A stretch of DNA of 64,000 nt from contig NW_026867487.1 in assembly GCF_020745735.1 (NCBI RefSeq), positions 3,720,001 to 3,784,000 of the forward strand, given 5' to 3'. The position numbers and the translations under genes are program-made. Position 1 is the stretch's first letter. Every line of letters begins with the position of its first letter. This document shows, one piece after another, positions 12,860-24,631 of the stretch. Below the pieces are notes generated by a model. The model made no database searches, was not told where the DNA came from, and saw nothing but the letters and a program-made list of their open reading frames with translations. The DNA comes from Hemiscyllium ocellatum. Taxonomy: Eukaryota.

Positions 12860-15070
12860 GGCTGGTGGTAACATACTCGCTTAGCGATAATGTAGTGAAT
12901 GCAAATACTCACAGATTCTAAGGCCTTACTTCTCATGACCAGGTGTAACGAGTTCATGACCAATATATTCTACGTAGGAGAAAGGACAAAGATAGAAAAT
13001 GAAGGGACGAGGGAAATTATGAATTCAGTCAAAAGGAAAGAAAAAGCGTACATTAGATTTAGGAAATTAAAATCGGTCTGGCACCATTCGGAATACCAGA
13101 ATAGCCAGAAAATACTAAAGCAGGAAATATGAGAGCAAGGAAGGGACATGAATGATCTTGGCAAGAAAGGTTAAGAAGAAACACACGGCATTTTAGGAAT
13201 TCATTATAAACGAGTGGATACGAGGCAGATGGTATGATCACTCAAGGGTAAATTAGGTGGCTTATTCTTGAAGACGAGGCAATGTGGGTAAGATCCGAAA
13301 TGAGTGCTTTGTATCGGTATTCACCCTGGTAAACTATATTGATGTTAACAATATTTCTGTGGAGAATGCTAGGACGCTTGGGCATGTTGAGATCAAGAAA
13401 GAAGTGATATTGAATCTCATGGAGAGCATAAAGGTGGATAGACCGCCAGGGCTCGACAGGGTCTACCTCAGGTTATCTACCTCAGAAGATTGCTTGGACC
13501 TTGTTCAAGGTCTTTGTAACCTCGTGAACCACTGGAGTGTTTCAAGAAAACACAACTTAGCGAATGTTATTCCCCTATTCATGAAGGCAAGGAGGTATAA
13601 TCCAGTAAACTAAAGGCAGCTGATTCACATAATGATGGTTGGGAAGATGTTGGAGAGATTTGGAAATACATGCCTAATTAGGGAGTGCGAGCATAGTTGT
13701 TTGAAGGGCAGGTCATGCCGTACTGACTTGATTGAATTTTTTGATAATATGACAAAGCGGTTTGATTATAGCAGAGCAGTGGATGTTGTTTATATGGATT
13801 TTAATGTGGCTTTCAGCAAGTCCCTCATGGTCGACTAATCGAGAAGACTGAGATGCATGGGTTCCCTGGTGACTTGGCTGTGTGTATTTCGAATTAGCTT
13901 GCACATAGAAATTAAAAATCACACAACACCAGGTTATAATCCAACGGTTTTATTTGGAAGAACAAGCTTTAGCCGCCAAATAAAACTGTTGGACCATAAC
14001 CTATCATTATGTGACTATTAACTCTCTTCACCCGAGTCCAACACCGTATTTTCACATCATTTCCCAAAGTGGACAAAGTGTATCGATGGAATGGCATTTT
14101 TCAGGTTGGAGGTTCATGACTAATCGTGTTCTCCAGATTGCAGTTTGCAGATGACGCAAAGATCAGTGGAATTATGGATAGTATTGAAGTCAAAAGATAC
14201 AACAGGATATAGAGTCATTGCAGGTATGGGCATAGAAATGGCAGTTCGTGCTTAATCCAGCTAAGTGCGACTGCTACATTTTGAGAACTTAAATGTTTCG
14301 AAATAGTGTACAGTTAATGACAGTATTCTGAAGAGCATTGATGTACAGTATGATATCGGGGTTCAAGTCCATAACTCACTGGAAGTGGTCATACAAGTAG
14401 GTGGGTTGGCAGAGAAGGCACATGGCGTGCTTGTCTTTATTATTTGAGGAATTCAGTACAAGAGTCAGGATGACATGCTGCAGCTTTATAAGACTTTGGT
14501 TAGGCTATCCGTTGCGTATTACATTCAAGAGTGGTCACCACACCACAGGAAGGATGTGGAGGCATGAGAGAAGGTTCAGAAGAGGTTTGTCAGGATGCTT
14601 CCTCGATTGGGAGTATGAATTCTGGGGAGACATTTTCAAATCTCAAGGTACTTTGTCTTGAGTGGCGATGGTTGAGGGGAGCATTGATAGAAATCGATAA
14701 AATTATGAGATGCCAAGATAAGATTAATGATCACAATTCTTTCCCATGAATTGAAATGTGTAATACAACAGGACATCCATTTAAGAAGAGAAGGGGAAAG
14801 TTCAAAGGAGACGTGAAGGCAGTTTTCCTTACACAGAGGGTGTTCTGACAGCTTCTGCCTGCAACAGCGCCTCTGGCCAGAGGTGCTGTTGCAGGCAGAT
14901 GCTGTCAAAACATTTAAGGGTCATGTAGGTTTGCATATAAATATGCAAGGAATGGAAGGAATGAACCAAGGGCAGGCAAAAATGATAAATTTCATTTGAA
15001 ATCACGTTTGACGCAACATCTTGGCCCAAATGGCATATTCTTGTGCTGTACTCTTCTACCTGCTCTCTTG
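12860..15070 (+). mobile_element. 5'-truncated, decayed CR1 LINE interrupted at about 13912-14060
   Basis: ORFs give IKVDRPPGLDRVY, ANVIPLFMKARRYNP, GRSCRTDLIEFF, AVDVVYMDFNVAFSK. FADDAK (TTTGCAGATGACGCAAAG) occurs near 14145 and a CR1 3' end near 15000-15070. Confidence 0.8.
13912..14060. mobile_element. Inverted pair of Penelope-like 3' ends inserted into the CR1
   Basis: 13919-13956 and 13977-14014 are imperfect reverse complements (30/38). The same terminus appears at about 45355-45470 and 40140-40165. Confidence 0.6.
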
Positions 15071-15439
15071 TATTCAAAGTTCCAATGGACACATTTTCGA
15101 TAAGTGTATCGAGATTTATGTGAAAAGGCAGCAATGTGATTTTGATGAGTATTAGATCATTCATCTTGTTGATTGATTGTTGGATTCGAAGGCCTGAATG
15201 GAAACTTCCACTTCTATGTTTTTAGTCGATGCTCTTACAGTTCGGATGCAAACTACATGAAACCATTGATATGACATTCACCCAAGAGATTTCAGGTGTC
15301 TTAAAAAAAATGAAACTGCAGAATCCAAGTGGACATACACACCATATACCATATGATCGTGGACCTTTGAACCACCCACATCTAGCCGGATATGAATTCA
15401 CTGAAAGTCCGCGCTAATCATGCAGATCATTGTTAGCAG

Positions 15440-15660
15440 CGAGGCCCCAGCCTCTGGTCGTGGCCGAGTGGCGTCACGCTGGTTCAGAGCGATGCTACAC
15501 TTTCTGAATCATAAGTTCATGTGACAGGAAGCTCTGACACACTCGCACTCCGCCATCGCCACTCCCATTCTGCCGCTCTCTCAGAACTTTACTTTGTGTT
15601 CACATGTACAGGTTACCCACGTCCAGAGGTTGCACAATACGGCGTGTCGAGCAGAGTTGG
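15440..15660 (+). promoter_or_regulatory. CpG-rich putative V-segment promoter
   Basis: 14 CpGs in about 220 bp, ending about 85 bp upstream of the leader ATG. Contains a CRE-like half site GGCGTCA, an ETS core CAGGAAG and E-box CACATG. No perfect Ig octamer. Confidence 0.35.
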
Positions 15661-15745
15661 ATTTTAACCAGTGCTGATTTCTCAAGGAGCCTCTCCTGGT
15701 CAAAATCTACAGATAGTTGTATCACAGAAATAAAGAAGATTCGAT

Positions 15746-16253
15746 ATGAAACTGGGCTTAACTTTTCTGCTCGTCTCCCTAAATTCTTTACTATTCTCAT
15801 TTGGTGAGTGTGACTGTTGATTATGTTGGAAACATGTATGTGATATGATGATATGTTGTGTTTGACAGATTTTGCTGCTGCATGATTTTATATCATTTGA
15901 TTTTGAACTCTATTGCATTGTATTAAAATGTGTTATATGCTACTGTATGTTATTTCTGTTTATCTTTCAATTCTCTTCAACTGTTGCAGGTAGCAACGAG
16001 GTGTCACAGTCATCAGAATTAGTGATCGTTATCGAGGGAAGCACTGCAATATTGACCTGTACCACCACAGTAGCAGGGCAGATCCTACAGTGGTACATTC
16101 AATACATGGACCGAACCATGAAGCATCTGGTGAGCGGTACAAGCAATCGGGACAGGATTGCTGCTCAGTTCAGTCCAGTGGAGAAGAGAAGCACTCTGAA
16201 TGTTCATGACGTTCGAGTGACAGACATTGCCACCTATTTCTGCGCAGTAGAGA
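15746..16253 (+). CDS. T-cell receptor alpha/delta-type variable (V) gene segment, apparently functional; join(15746..15803,15990..16253)
   Basis: Leader exon MKLGLTFLLVSLNSLLFSF+G ends at donor GTGAGT (15804). Polypyrimidine/CAG acceptor at 15989; the phase-1 splice keeps the frame. V exon SNEVSQSSELVIVIEGSTAILTC...LQWYIQY...DIATYFCAVE has Cys 16058-60, Trp 16091-93 and Cys 16241-43. No stops. Followed by a 23-RSS. The YFCAV ending points to TCR alpha/delta rather than Ig. Confidence 0.9.
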
Positions 16254-16292
16254 CACAATGAAGCCAAGATCAGTGAGGACCGTACAAAAACC
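16254..16292 (+). other. Recombination signal sequence, 23-bp spacer
   Basis: Heptamer CACAATG (16254-60, 6/7 to CACAGTG), 23-nt spacer AAGCCAAGATCAGTGAGGACCGT, perfect nonamer ACAAAAACC (16284-92). Confidence 0.93.
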
Positions 16293-17279
16293 TGCTCAGT
16301 GGAGCCCTTACAGTTTTCACTCCGTGCAGTTGTCAGATCCAACAGCATTCCTCAGTATGCGCATAAGACCAGGCTGAACTGGTGTGGGTTTACTTGTTAA
16401 TATCAGACATGAAATGTCAACGTTCAAAAAATCAATTATATCCAGTTATAGTATAAAACTGATAAGATTTGGCCTCAATGAACTTTCCTATGGGTTGATG
16501 TGCTGTTGCTGAAATTTTATATTTCAATGATTGCATGCAATCCTCGTATACATAAGAGTTCAAAGCTCTGGAAACACAGTGTATGCATTCATACATTATC
16601 TGGGAGTTTTCTCTGCCTCTGTCATCACATCAACATTATTGGTCAGTTATTTGACGAAGTTACATATTCGAGGCATTCAGCTACGTGGCTAGACTTGTGA
16701 GCTTTTATTGATTGGATAAAAGGTAGGAAACGCAATCTAAAAGTTTAATGCATAAACCTGCTAACATTAACTTTTCTAAACTTCTCGTGAATCTATCCCC
16801 TCCAACTGAAGTTTTAAAATTTATAGGAAAGAAATGTTTGTGTTATTTTAGATAGGGGCTTGAGTTCTATTAAATTCTAAGATTGCGTATCAGCAGAACA
16901 GAAGGACTTCACTAAAGACAATCGCTGCCAAAGATGTTTGTTTTCTGGTAACAAAACAATTAATATTTACCTGAAGACAGGTAAATGTCAATGTGCTGCA
17001 CAAGCGCCAATACTGATATCGACAAAAGTGTTTCGAAGATCTTCCATAAATGATAGTGATGCCATGTTTCAAATTCAACGTGGCCTGTTGCTTTAAAGCG
17101 AGTTTGGAATCATTGTAGTAAAATACCTCATCTTCACAAAAAACATAAATGTCATTGCTTGTAAGGTACTGTAATAGCATTTGACCTCTCGCCCCACTTA
17201 AAGCACTAAAAGTTGGCAGAAAAAAAAGTAAATGCGTGTGATATATAGTTATTAAGAAGGAGGATGACTGTGTGCTTTG

Positions 17280-17560
17280 AATACCGTTAAGGTAGATCAG
17301 TCCCCCTTGCCCTGATGGAATCTATCTGAAGATAAAAAGGATGTAAGGAAGTCGGCCACGGGAACTTTGCAGATATTTTTGTATCCGCTTTCACCATAGT
17401 CGTGGTCCCAGAAGATAAGATCATAGCCAACGTTGTTCGTATTTTTAAGAAGGGTAACGGGGATGATTTACTGAATAAAAGGGCATCGAGCGTTACATCA
17501 CAGATAGGGTCATTATTGGAGAGGATTCTTAGAGACTAGAACAATGCAACATTTGGAAAT
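17280..17560 (+). mobile_element. Decayed CR1 ORF2 fragment
   Basis: GTAGATCAGTCCCCC..GCCCTGATGGAATCTATC (DKSPGPDGIY-like) and GCCAACGTTGTTCGTATTTTTAAGAAGGGT (ANV..FKKG). Confidence 0.55.
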
Positions 17561-17786
17561 ATTTGTGAACAAGGTAGAGAATGGAAGAGACTTTTATTTC
17601 CCTTCCATCTTGGATCTCAATATGGTATCTAACTTCAGTGGTTTTCGCTGTGCTGAAACATAGGTTCATGGCTCATAAGGTTTGGAAAATGACAGCGTTT
17701 GCACCCTGCACGTCATGCGCATGTAAAACAAAAACATTTGTTTTGTCAAAACTTTAGAAAGAAAACATATGGCATGAAAAAAAACT

Positions 17787-17856
17787 TGTTTATTTTTACA
17801 ATCTGAGTTCATGTCACAACAGAATTATTCCTCTTGAGACGAGCACCTGGAATAAA
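17787..17856 (+). promoter_or_regulatory. Shared proximal promoter module of GPCR gene 1
   Basis: TGTTTAT (17787-93), AATTATTCCTCTTGAGAC (17823-40), 10 nt, AATAAA (17851-56), then 71 nt to the ATG. The same layout occurs before the other two GPCRs. Confidence 0.6.
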
Positions 17857-17927
17857 ACAGGAAAGCATCGACGATTTGACAGTCGCAGGGCCACAGTTAT
17901 TGAGATTTCTCCAGGTTCCCCAAGTCG

Positions 17928-20479
17928 ATGCATGGGCCAGCAAAAGGCATCTTTTATGCCATTGGTTATCCAGTTCTCGCTGCTATTGGTGTTCCGGGTA
18001 ATTATTGATGTGCAAAAACCATTATTGAATTCGTGTGTTTATTTTTTAAAACGCCCCAGAAAATGTTGCCTCTTCTCTTTACAGATTCGTTTTCATTTTG
18101 GCTAATTATTCATTGCGACCTGAGTGTCAGTGACCTGAATCAGAAACCTATTTCTTTTGAGGGTATTATCTTGTTAATCAGTGAATTAAAATCCATTTTT
18201 CATGCTGATATTATGGAGTGTTTCAAGATATTCCCTACATATCATGCTGAATGTCCTTTGTAAAAAAAAAGCTATCTGAATTGCTGAAATATGAATCGCA
18301 AAGTATGAAAATCCATCAGCATTGGGCTTTACTATAAGTGAGTACAATGCATTCAAATCTATTTAATTTGCAGGGAAAAGGCAAACCTTTATGTAGCAAG
18401 ATAACGTGCTGGTAGCACACTGGAGATGTCACTGGCAGCTTTAACTTATAATTTCAATATGCCAACTGGTGCGGTTTAAATTTATATAAGCTGGCAGTGG
18501 AGGTCACGGCATGCATTGGAAGGTATGAAACAAAATCTTACCTAGTTTAGTTCTGTCCTGCAGGGACAGAAATCTATCATCTTTGCCTGTTCTGTCCTTC
18601 GTGGAACTCAAAACGCACAAAAGTGTTGGGGACTCTTAATTACATCCCGAAATGGCCGAGAAAAAATTTTTATAGGCAACTAATGACGATCCTGCTACAG
18701 AATGCATTGCAATGTTTCTAACTGATGATGTACTATTGCTTGTTCTGATAGATTTTAAACATTCGATTTTATGTTCAGAAAATAGATTGTTGTCATTAGC
18801 CGGATACTGCTGTCTCTGGAAAATGAGCATTATTGATAATTTCCAATTAACAATTTACAAAATATATTTCTTCAGTGATTGCATTACGCCATGGAGAATC
18901 GTGTTTAGGAACTTTAACGCACACATTTTATCACAGCACAAAGTGAACATTTCGCATGAGACAACCAGAGGTTTGACCAAAGATATAGATTAGAAGAATG
19001 CTCTGAAGAAGAAAGGGGAAACAATGTAAACTCAGGCAGGGAATTCACGAGATTGGAGTTCAAAAGGTGAAGGCACAACTGCCACGGATGGATCATTAAT
19101 ACCAAGGATGCAAAGCACGGAAGCATTGCTGGTGCACTGATATTTCAAGTAACTTCTAGCTGTTGCCTGAGCTGGATTGGTATAGCGTTGGATGATTTGA
19201 CCTTGAATGGACGAGATTATTAAAGCCAGACAATTGCTGGGAAGGGAGAAATTGCCAAACAGCGAGAATAGGTTTGTTGATTGGGTGGAAATTGTTGTGC
19301 TTAAAAGCTTCGACAACAATTGTTTCCACTGAGCTGAATTGAAATGGCATCGATGGACTTCGTGGCCAGAACTCAGACTTTGTAAGGGGTTGCATTAGAG
19401 TCGTGGATTAGCAAATGCTTAAATTAACATTGGGTGGTATCCAGTTTATGTTTATTTTCTACTGAACCGAGACAAAGCAAACAGGTCAAGAGTTTTATTC
19501 CATGACTAATATTGGATAAGAGAGTACTTTATGTTTCAAGTCCTGCACTCAATATTTCCCTTTTTGTTTCACTCTCATAGCCAACTTTGTGGCCATCGTA
19601 ATTCTGTCCCGAGGACAGTGTGGACTTTCTCGGTGTGTGACTTATTATTTGATGGCCATTGCAGTGAGCGATTTCCTTGTGATTATCACCGGGTGCATTC
19701 TCAACCGAATTGCTCGCATCTATTTTACCTACAGTGCACTGTCCACAACCACCGGCTGTTCTCTCAGCGCTGTGCTGGTTTACTTTAGCCGAGATGGTTC
19801 AGTATGGCTAACAGTGGCTTTCACCATTGACCGTTTTGTGTCTATCTGCTGCCAAAACCTGAAGACCAGATATTGCATCAAGAAAACAGCGTCGCTGGTA
19901 ATAGGAATTGTCTGCCTGCTGAATGCTGTCAAGAACGTGCCTTTTTACTTTTCCTACAAACCTTTGTATATTGTGGATGGTGTGGCCTGGTTTTGTGATA
20001 TCAAGTCTACCTATTACAGCTCACTCGCTTGGCAGGCCTATGATTGGCTGGATCACATTTTAATTCCGTTTCTTCCTTTCTTCCTCATTCTACTGCTCAA
20101 CATCCTGACCATACGACACATCTTGGCAGGCAACCAAGTCCGCAGGAGACTACATGGCACAGGTAATGAAAGAGACCCGGAGTTGGCCAGCCGCAAGAGG
20201 TCCATCACCCTGCTGTTCACCATCTCTCTCAGCTTCCTCGTCCTATGGATTATACAAGTCATACATTTCCTCTATGTGCGTATTCCTGGAAAAGCCTACT
20301 TCGCTGGTTTGAATTTCAATGACCCTGATTACATCCTTCAAGAGGCGACCAACTTGCTACAGATAATCAGTTCCTGCAATAATGTCTTCATCTACACAAT
20401 AGTCCAAAAGAAGTTTCGAATGGAGTTGAAGAAGCTACTGATTTATCCGATTGACACTGTCACTTGCTCCAAAGAATGA
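17928..20479 (+). CDS. Class A GPCR, GPR139/GPR142-like (gene 1), 322 aa; join(17928..17997,19581..20479)
   Basis: Exon 1 MHGPAKGIFYAIGYPVLAAIGVP+G ends at GTAATT. The acceptor TTTCACTCTCATAG (19580) restores ...GVPANFVAIVILSRG. Seven hydrophobic segments, TM2 AIAVSD, TM3 VWLTVAFTIDRF, ECL2 Cys (WFC), TM5 PFLP, TM7 SSCNNVFIY. Open to TGA at 20479. Confidence 0.92.
19000..19400 (-). mobile_element. L2-type LINE 3' fragment in the GPCR gene 1 intron
   Basis: Plus strand has GGCAGGGAATTCACGAG...GAAGGCACAACTGCCAC, the reverse complement of an L2-type end (GRAFS...LWNSLP region). Confidence 0.5.
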
Positions 20480-21805
20480 AAACTGACTAAATCTTGTTTT
20501 ATTTTTATTTCCATCAGGACGCTGAAGTTTGGAGAAGTATCTCTCAAATCACTCGAAACGCCTTTTAGACACATTTCATGCTGCCATCCCCACCCATGCT
20601 ATTTTGAACGTACTAAATAGAAACTGAAAGAAGGAAGTCACTGTCTCTCCACATTTTCTGCTAAATTGTTTTATCAGCCTGCTCTTATAACCCCATTTTC
20701 AAAAGTGATTCCCTTTAATATGAAGAGGATTATAATTACAAACGGGACACATAAACAGATTATTTTCTAACACAAATGCCACCGTGCTCAATTTGTTGTT
20801 TCGAATTCAATTATTTAATCAAATGAGCGAGTTATTTTGGATCAAAATTTGCAAAAGCGACTTTCATTTATCATACTCACAAATGTTGTTCCTGGCTGGA
20901 TGCCAGAGATGGATACCGTGATTACTCGGAGGCTGAAGTGAATATAGAATGTGCCTTGGAAGTATCAGAATGTTTTATAAAAAGAGTCTTATTGAAATCA
21001 AAATGTTAACTCTGTTTGTCTCTCCGCGGATACTATGATAAATGCAATGTCTCTCTGTCACTGTCTGTTTCTGTTTTAGATTTCCAGCAACCAAGTTAAC
21101 TTTCTTTTAAATTAATATTCACATTGAACCTTACAGTGACGTTTGGTACATTATAGAAATGTGTGTTGCTCGTTCACAGTTCTGTTGCAAATATTACCAC
21201 TTTCTGTTCGCTTCTTGTCCAATCTAACTTGAACTTTCTTAAGAACATCTTTTCGTGAAAACAGTTGCTTTCGTAAACAGTCTGTTAATTTAATATTCAT
21301 GCCTTACACATTCCCTCATTTGCTAATAATGCTGTCATGTTAGAACAAAGCTTGCTGTGATGTGAGATTTCAATTTTGCCACCTGAGTTTAAACATCACA
21401 CTGAAATATCGTTTAATTTTTTTTATTTTCTGAAGTGTGGCAATAAATTGATCCTGGAATCTGTAGCCCCGAATGCTGCCAACACTTTTTTTTTTAAAAA
21501 AGATATTATTTGATTCTAACTCCAACATTTCTGTTTTTGTAGGAGTAATTAGACCTACCACAAATCAAGCAGTAATGGCTCGGGTAGAATGGGGTGGCTA
21601 CCTCAGTTTGCTTTCGTGGCAGATGCATCCTTTGCTGAACCAAAATGTGTGCACATCTCGGCATTAGAATTGTGTCCAAGTGGTGGAATATGGTTGATTG
21701 ACCCCACACATATATGAATCCTGCCAAATGTGCTCAAATACATACCTTTTAGGTTTTTAAAAATTGTGCTTATGTATAGTTGACACGTGCAAAAACGTCC
21801 TCAGA

Positions 21806-21847
21806 ACACACACACACGCACGCGCGCGCGCGCGCACACACACACAC

Positions 21848-21888
<41 letters not shown>
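21806..21888. repeat. Compound (CA)n(CG)7(CA)n microsatellite
   Basis: 83 nt of uninterrupted purine-pyrimidine alternation; (CG)7 at 21821-21834. Confidence 0.97.
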
Positions 21889-21893
<5 letters not shown>

Positions 21894-22119
21894 TTATGAT
21901 TAACTTCTATTGATCAAGCTGCAATAAACAGATCGTCTGAGAGAACAGAACATTTCACCGATTTGGTATGCATGCATGCTTCCTTCTGCAGATACCAATT
22001 TACTTCGGTTTAATCGAGATGAAGATCTTTCTTCTATTGCAAAATATTTATGGTATTTGAACATCTCCCGACGGACCAGACCAAACTTCCTTAAAATATA
22101 GTAAAATAATTCCTTACAC

Positions 22120-22695
22120 AGTAACATTATCTTATTTTAAAGGCGAGTGAGACGAGTTGCTTTGCAGGCGTAACTCGATTTATAAAGCTGCCAGCTTTGA
22201 TACAAAGCACACCCTATTAAGACACGACAGTTCAAATACCTCAAAATAAATAAGAAATCCGAATCTTTTTAAACTCTATTAAAACATAACAGAATAATAG
22301 ATTATTTTAACGAAAAACCAGCTCTTCCAATATAGTAACACCCAATCAACTCACTCTTAGCTCCGGGAAATTCAGTTAAATAGTTTGTCTCACATGCAGT
22401 TTTCCAGTCCAGGAGGAAAGTACACCAAGATAAATTTCTGAGACAGAGAGTGTAGCAGGGAGAGAAGCACTCCAACGTCCAAGCGCAGCTTCAATGCTGC
22501 AGCTATTGGTTAGCAAATACTCACAATCCTGGCTCCATGGGAGGTTGCCACTCCCCGTTCAGACTGGTTATATTGTTCCAAATTTAAGAAAAAGAAGTAA
22601 TGTTCTGTGACTGAATGGTTAGGCATTTCTATCACAACCGTTCTGCATAAAAAGAACAGAATAAAATACGTAATTTAAAGCCACACGATAACCAC
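22120..22695. mobile_element. Possible solo-LTR-like remnant
   Basis: LTR-like composition with a ...CACA right end. No clear TSD or internal coding sequence found. Confidence 0.25.
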
Positions 22696-23068
22696 AACGA
22701 GCTCTTTAAAACGTGAAACGTCATTCAGTGGAGATGGTTTCAGTTTTAAAAGTCTTTTGTGTTACTTTATCAGTACATTATAATACATTTGCAGCAGGTT
22801 GACTCTAAACGTGCAAACATTCACTACCATGACTCATTTAAGGCCATTTTTGTTTCTTGCCACTAAAAGCATGCCACTTCCTTCGTCAAAATTATGACAA
22901 GGTGTCTCCAATTATGTTCGCTTGTATTGCCACATGTATAAGTTTCAAACTGAATGGTATCAGTAATAAGTTCCATCTGAACAGTTAGGAATTTCTGCTG
23001 CTAATTTTCTTCCCAAAATCTTGAATTGGTTATGCAATTATCTCGTAAACGTTACTTAGGGTCATCCA

Positions 23069-24185
23069 GTCATAGAGATGTACAGCAGGGAAGAGGATCT
23101 CGGTCCAACTTCTCCATGCCGGCCAGATATCCCATCCAACCTAGTCCCACCTGCCAGCACCTGGCTCATATCCCTCGAAACCACTCCTGTTCATATACAT
23201 ACCCAGTTTTGCTTTCAATGTTGCAAATGTACTGGCCTCCACCACTTCCTCTGGCATCTCATTCCATACACATGCTACCCTCTACGTGAAAAGGTTGTCC
23301 CTTAGGCCTCTTTTATATTTTTGCCCTCTCACCCTAAACCTAAGACTTCCAGTTGTTGATTCCCCCATCTCAACAAAACAAAGTCTACTTATCCTATCCA
23401 TGGTCCCCATGATTTAGGAAAACTTTATTAGGTCAACCCTCAGCCTCCAACGCACCAGGGAAAACAGCCCTAGCGTATTCAACCCCACCCTGTACCTCAG
23501 GTCCTCCAATCCTGGCAACCACCTTATAAATCTTTTCTGAACCCTTTCAAGCTTCACAACATCATTCTGTTAGGAAGGAAACCAGAATGGCACGCAATAT
23601 TCCAACAGTGGTCTAACCAATGTCTGCACAGCCGCAACATGACTTCCCAACTCCTATTCTCAATACTCTGACCAATAAAGGAAATCATAGCAAATGCCTT
23701 CTTCATTCTCCTATCCACCTGTCAATCCACGTTCAAGGAGAGATGAACCTACAGTCTCAGGCCTCTTTGTTGAGCAACACTTCCTAGGACTTTATCATTA
23801 TGTGTTTCAGTCCTGCTTAGATTTGCTTTCCCAAAATGCAGCACCTCACATTTATGGAATTTAAACTCTATCTGCCATTTCTCAGCCCATTGGTCGACCT
23901 GATCAAGATTCGGTTGTAATCTGAGACAACCTTCTTCGCTGTCCACTGCACCTCCAATTTTGGTGCCATTTGCCAACTTACTAACCATGTCTCTTAAGCT
24001 CACATCCAAATTATTTATATAAATGATGAAAATTAGTGGACAAAGCACCGATCTTTGTGGCACTCCACTGGTCACAGTACTCCAGTCTGAAAAACAACCC
24101 GCCACCACCACCCTCTGTCTTCTACCTTTGAGCCAGTTCTTTACCCAAATGGTAGTTCGCCTTGTTTTCCCTGAAATCTAACCTT
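23069..24185 (-). mobile_element. 5'-truncated CR1 LINE with intact 3' tail
   Basis: ORF 23749-24111(-) reads SGVPQRSVLCPLIFIIYINNLD...SKLANGTKIGG...EKWQIEF...KCEVLHFGK. The 3' tail ...CTGTACATCTCTATGAC ends near 23069. Confidence 0.88.
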
Positions 24186-24631
24186 GCAATACTATTTTTT
24201 AAAATGCTGCAATGTGAACACTATACTTGAGGTCTTCTTCTAAATCGTGGAATATTTCTGTTGATGGTTGTTGGAATTTTCCAGGGAAGTACCCAATAGG
24301 TCTTCTGTCTTCTTATCATCTTCTTGCAAGTGTGCAGCACCGGCACCCACATCAGTCGGACCGCAATCCACCTTTAAAGGATTTGCGTAATTAGTTGGAG
24401 AAGGGTGCTGGCCAATATCCTCTGAACAAGTCTATCTTCGAAATATAAATTGGCTTGTGCCATCTTCTCTAAACAATCCTCCAAAAGTGGAAAAATGATA
24501 TTAATTTGATTTTCTAAACACATCTACCTTTGAATAATTCACACATGATTGTTTTGTACAATATGGTATTTTCATCATTAGAGTACGTGAGCTGCATTCG
24601 TTGCAAATACCTTCTATTAGATTGTCTTTGA

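Noticed and set aside
19589-20479. Treating the ORF-track GPCRs (also 33790-34692 and 47947-48855) as single-exon genes with GTG/TTG starts
   Set aside because: They begin mid-TM1. Proper acceptors and matching 70-nt first exons were found.
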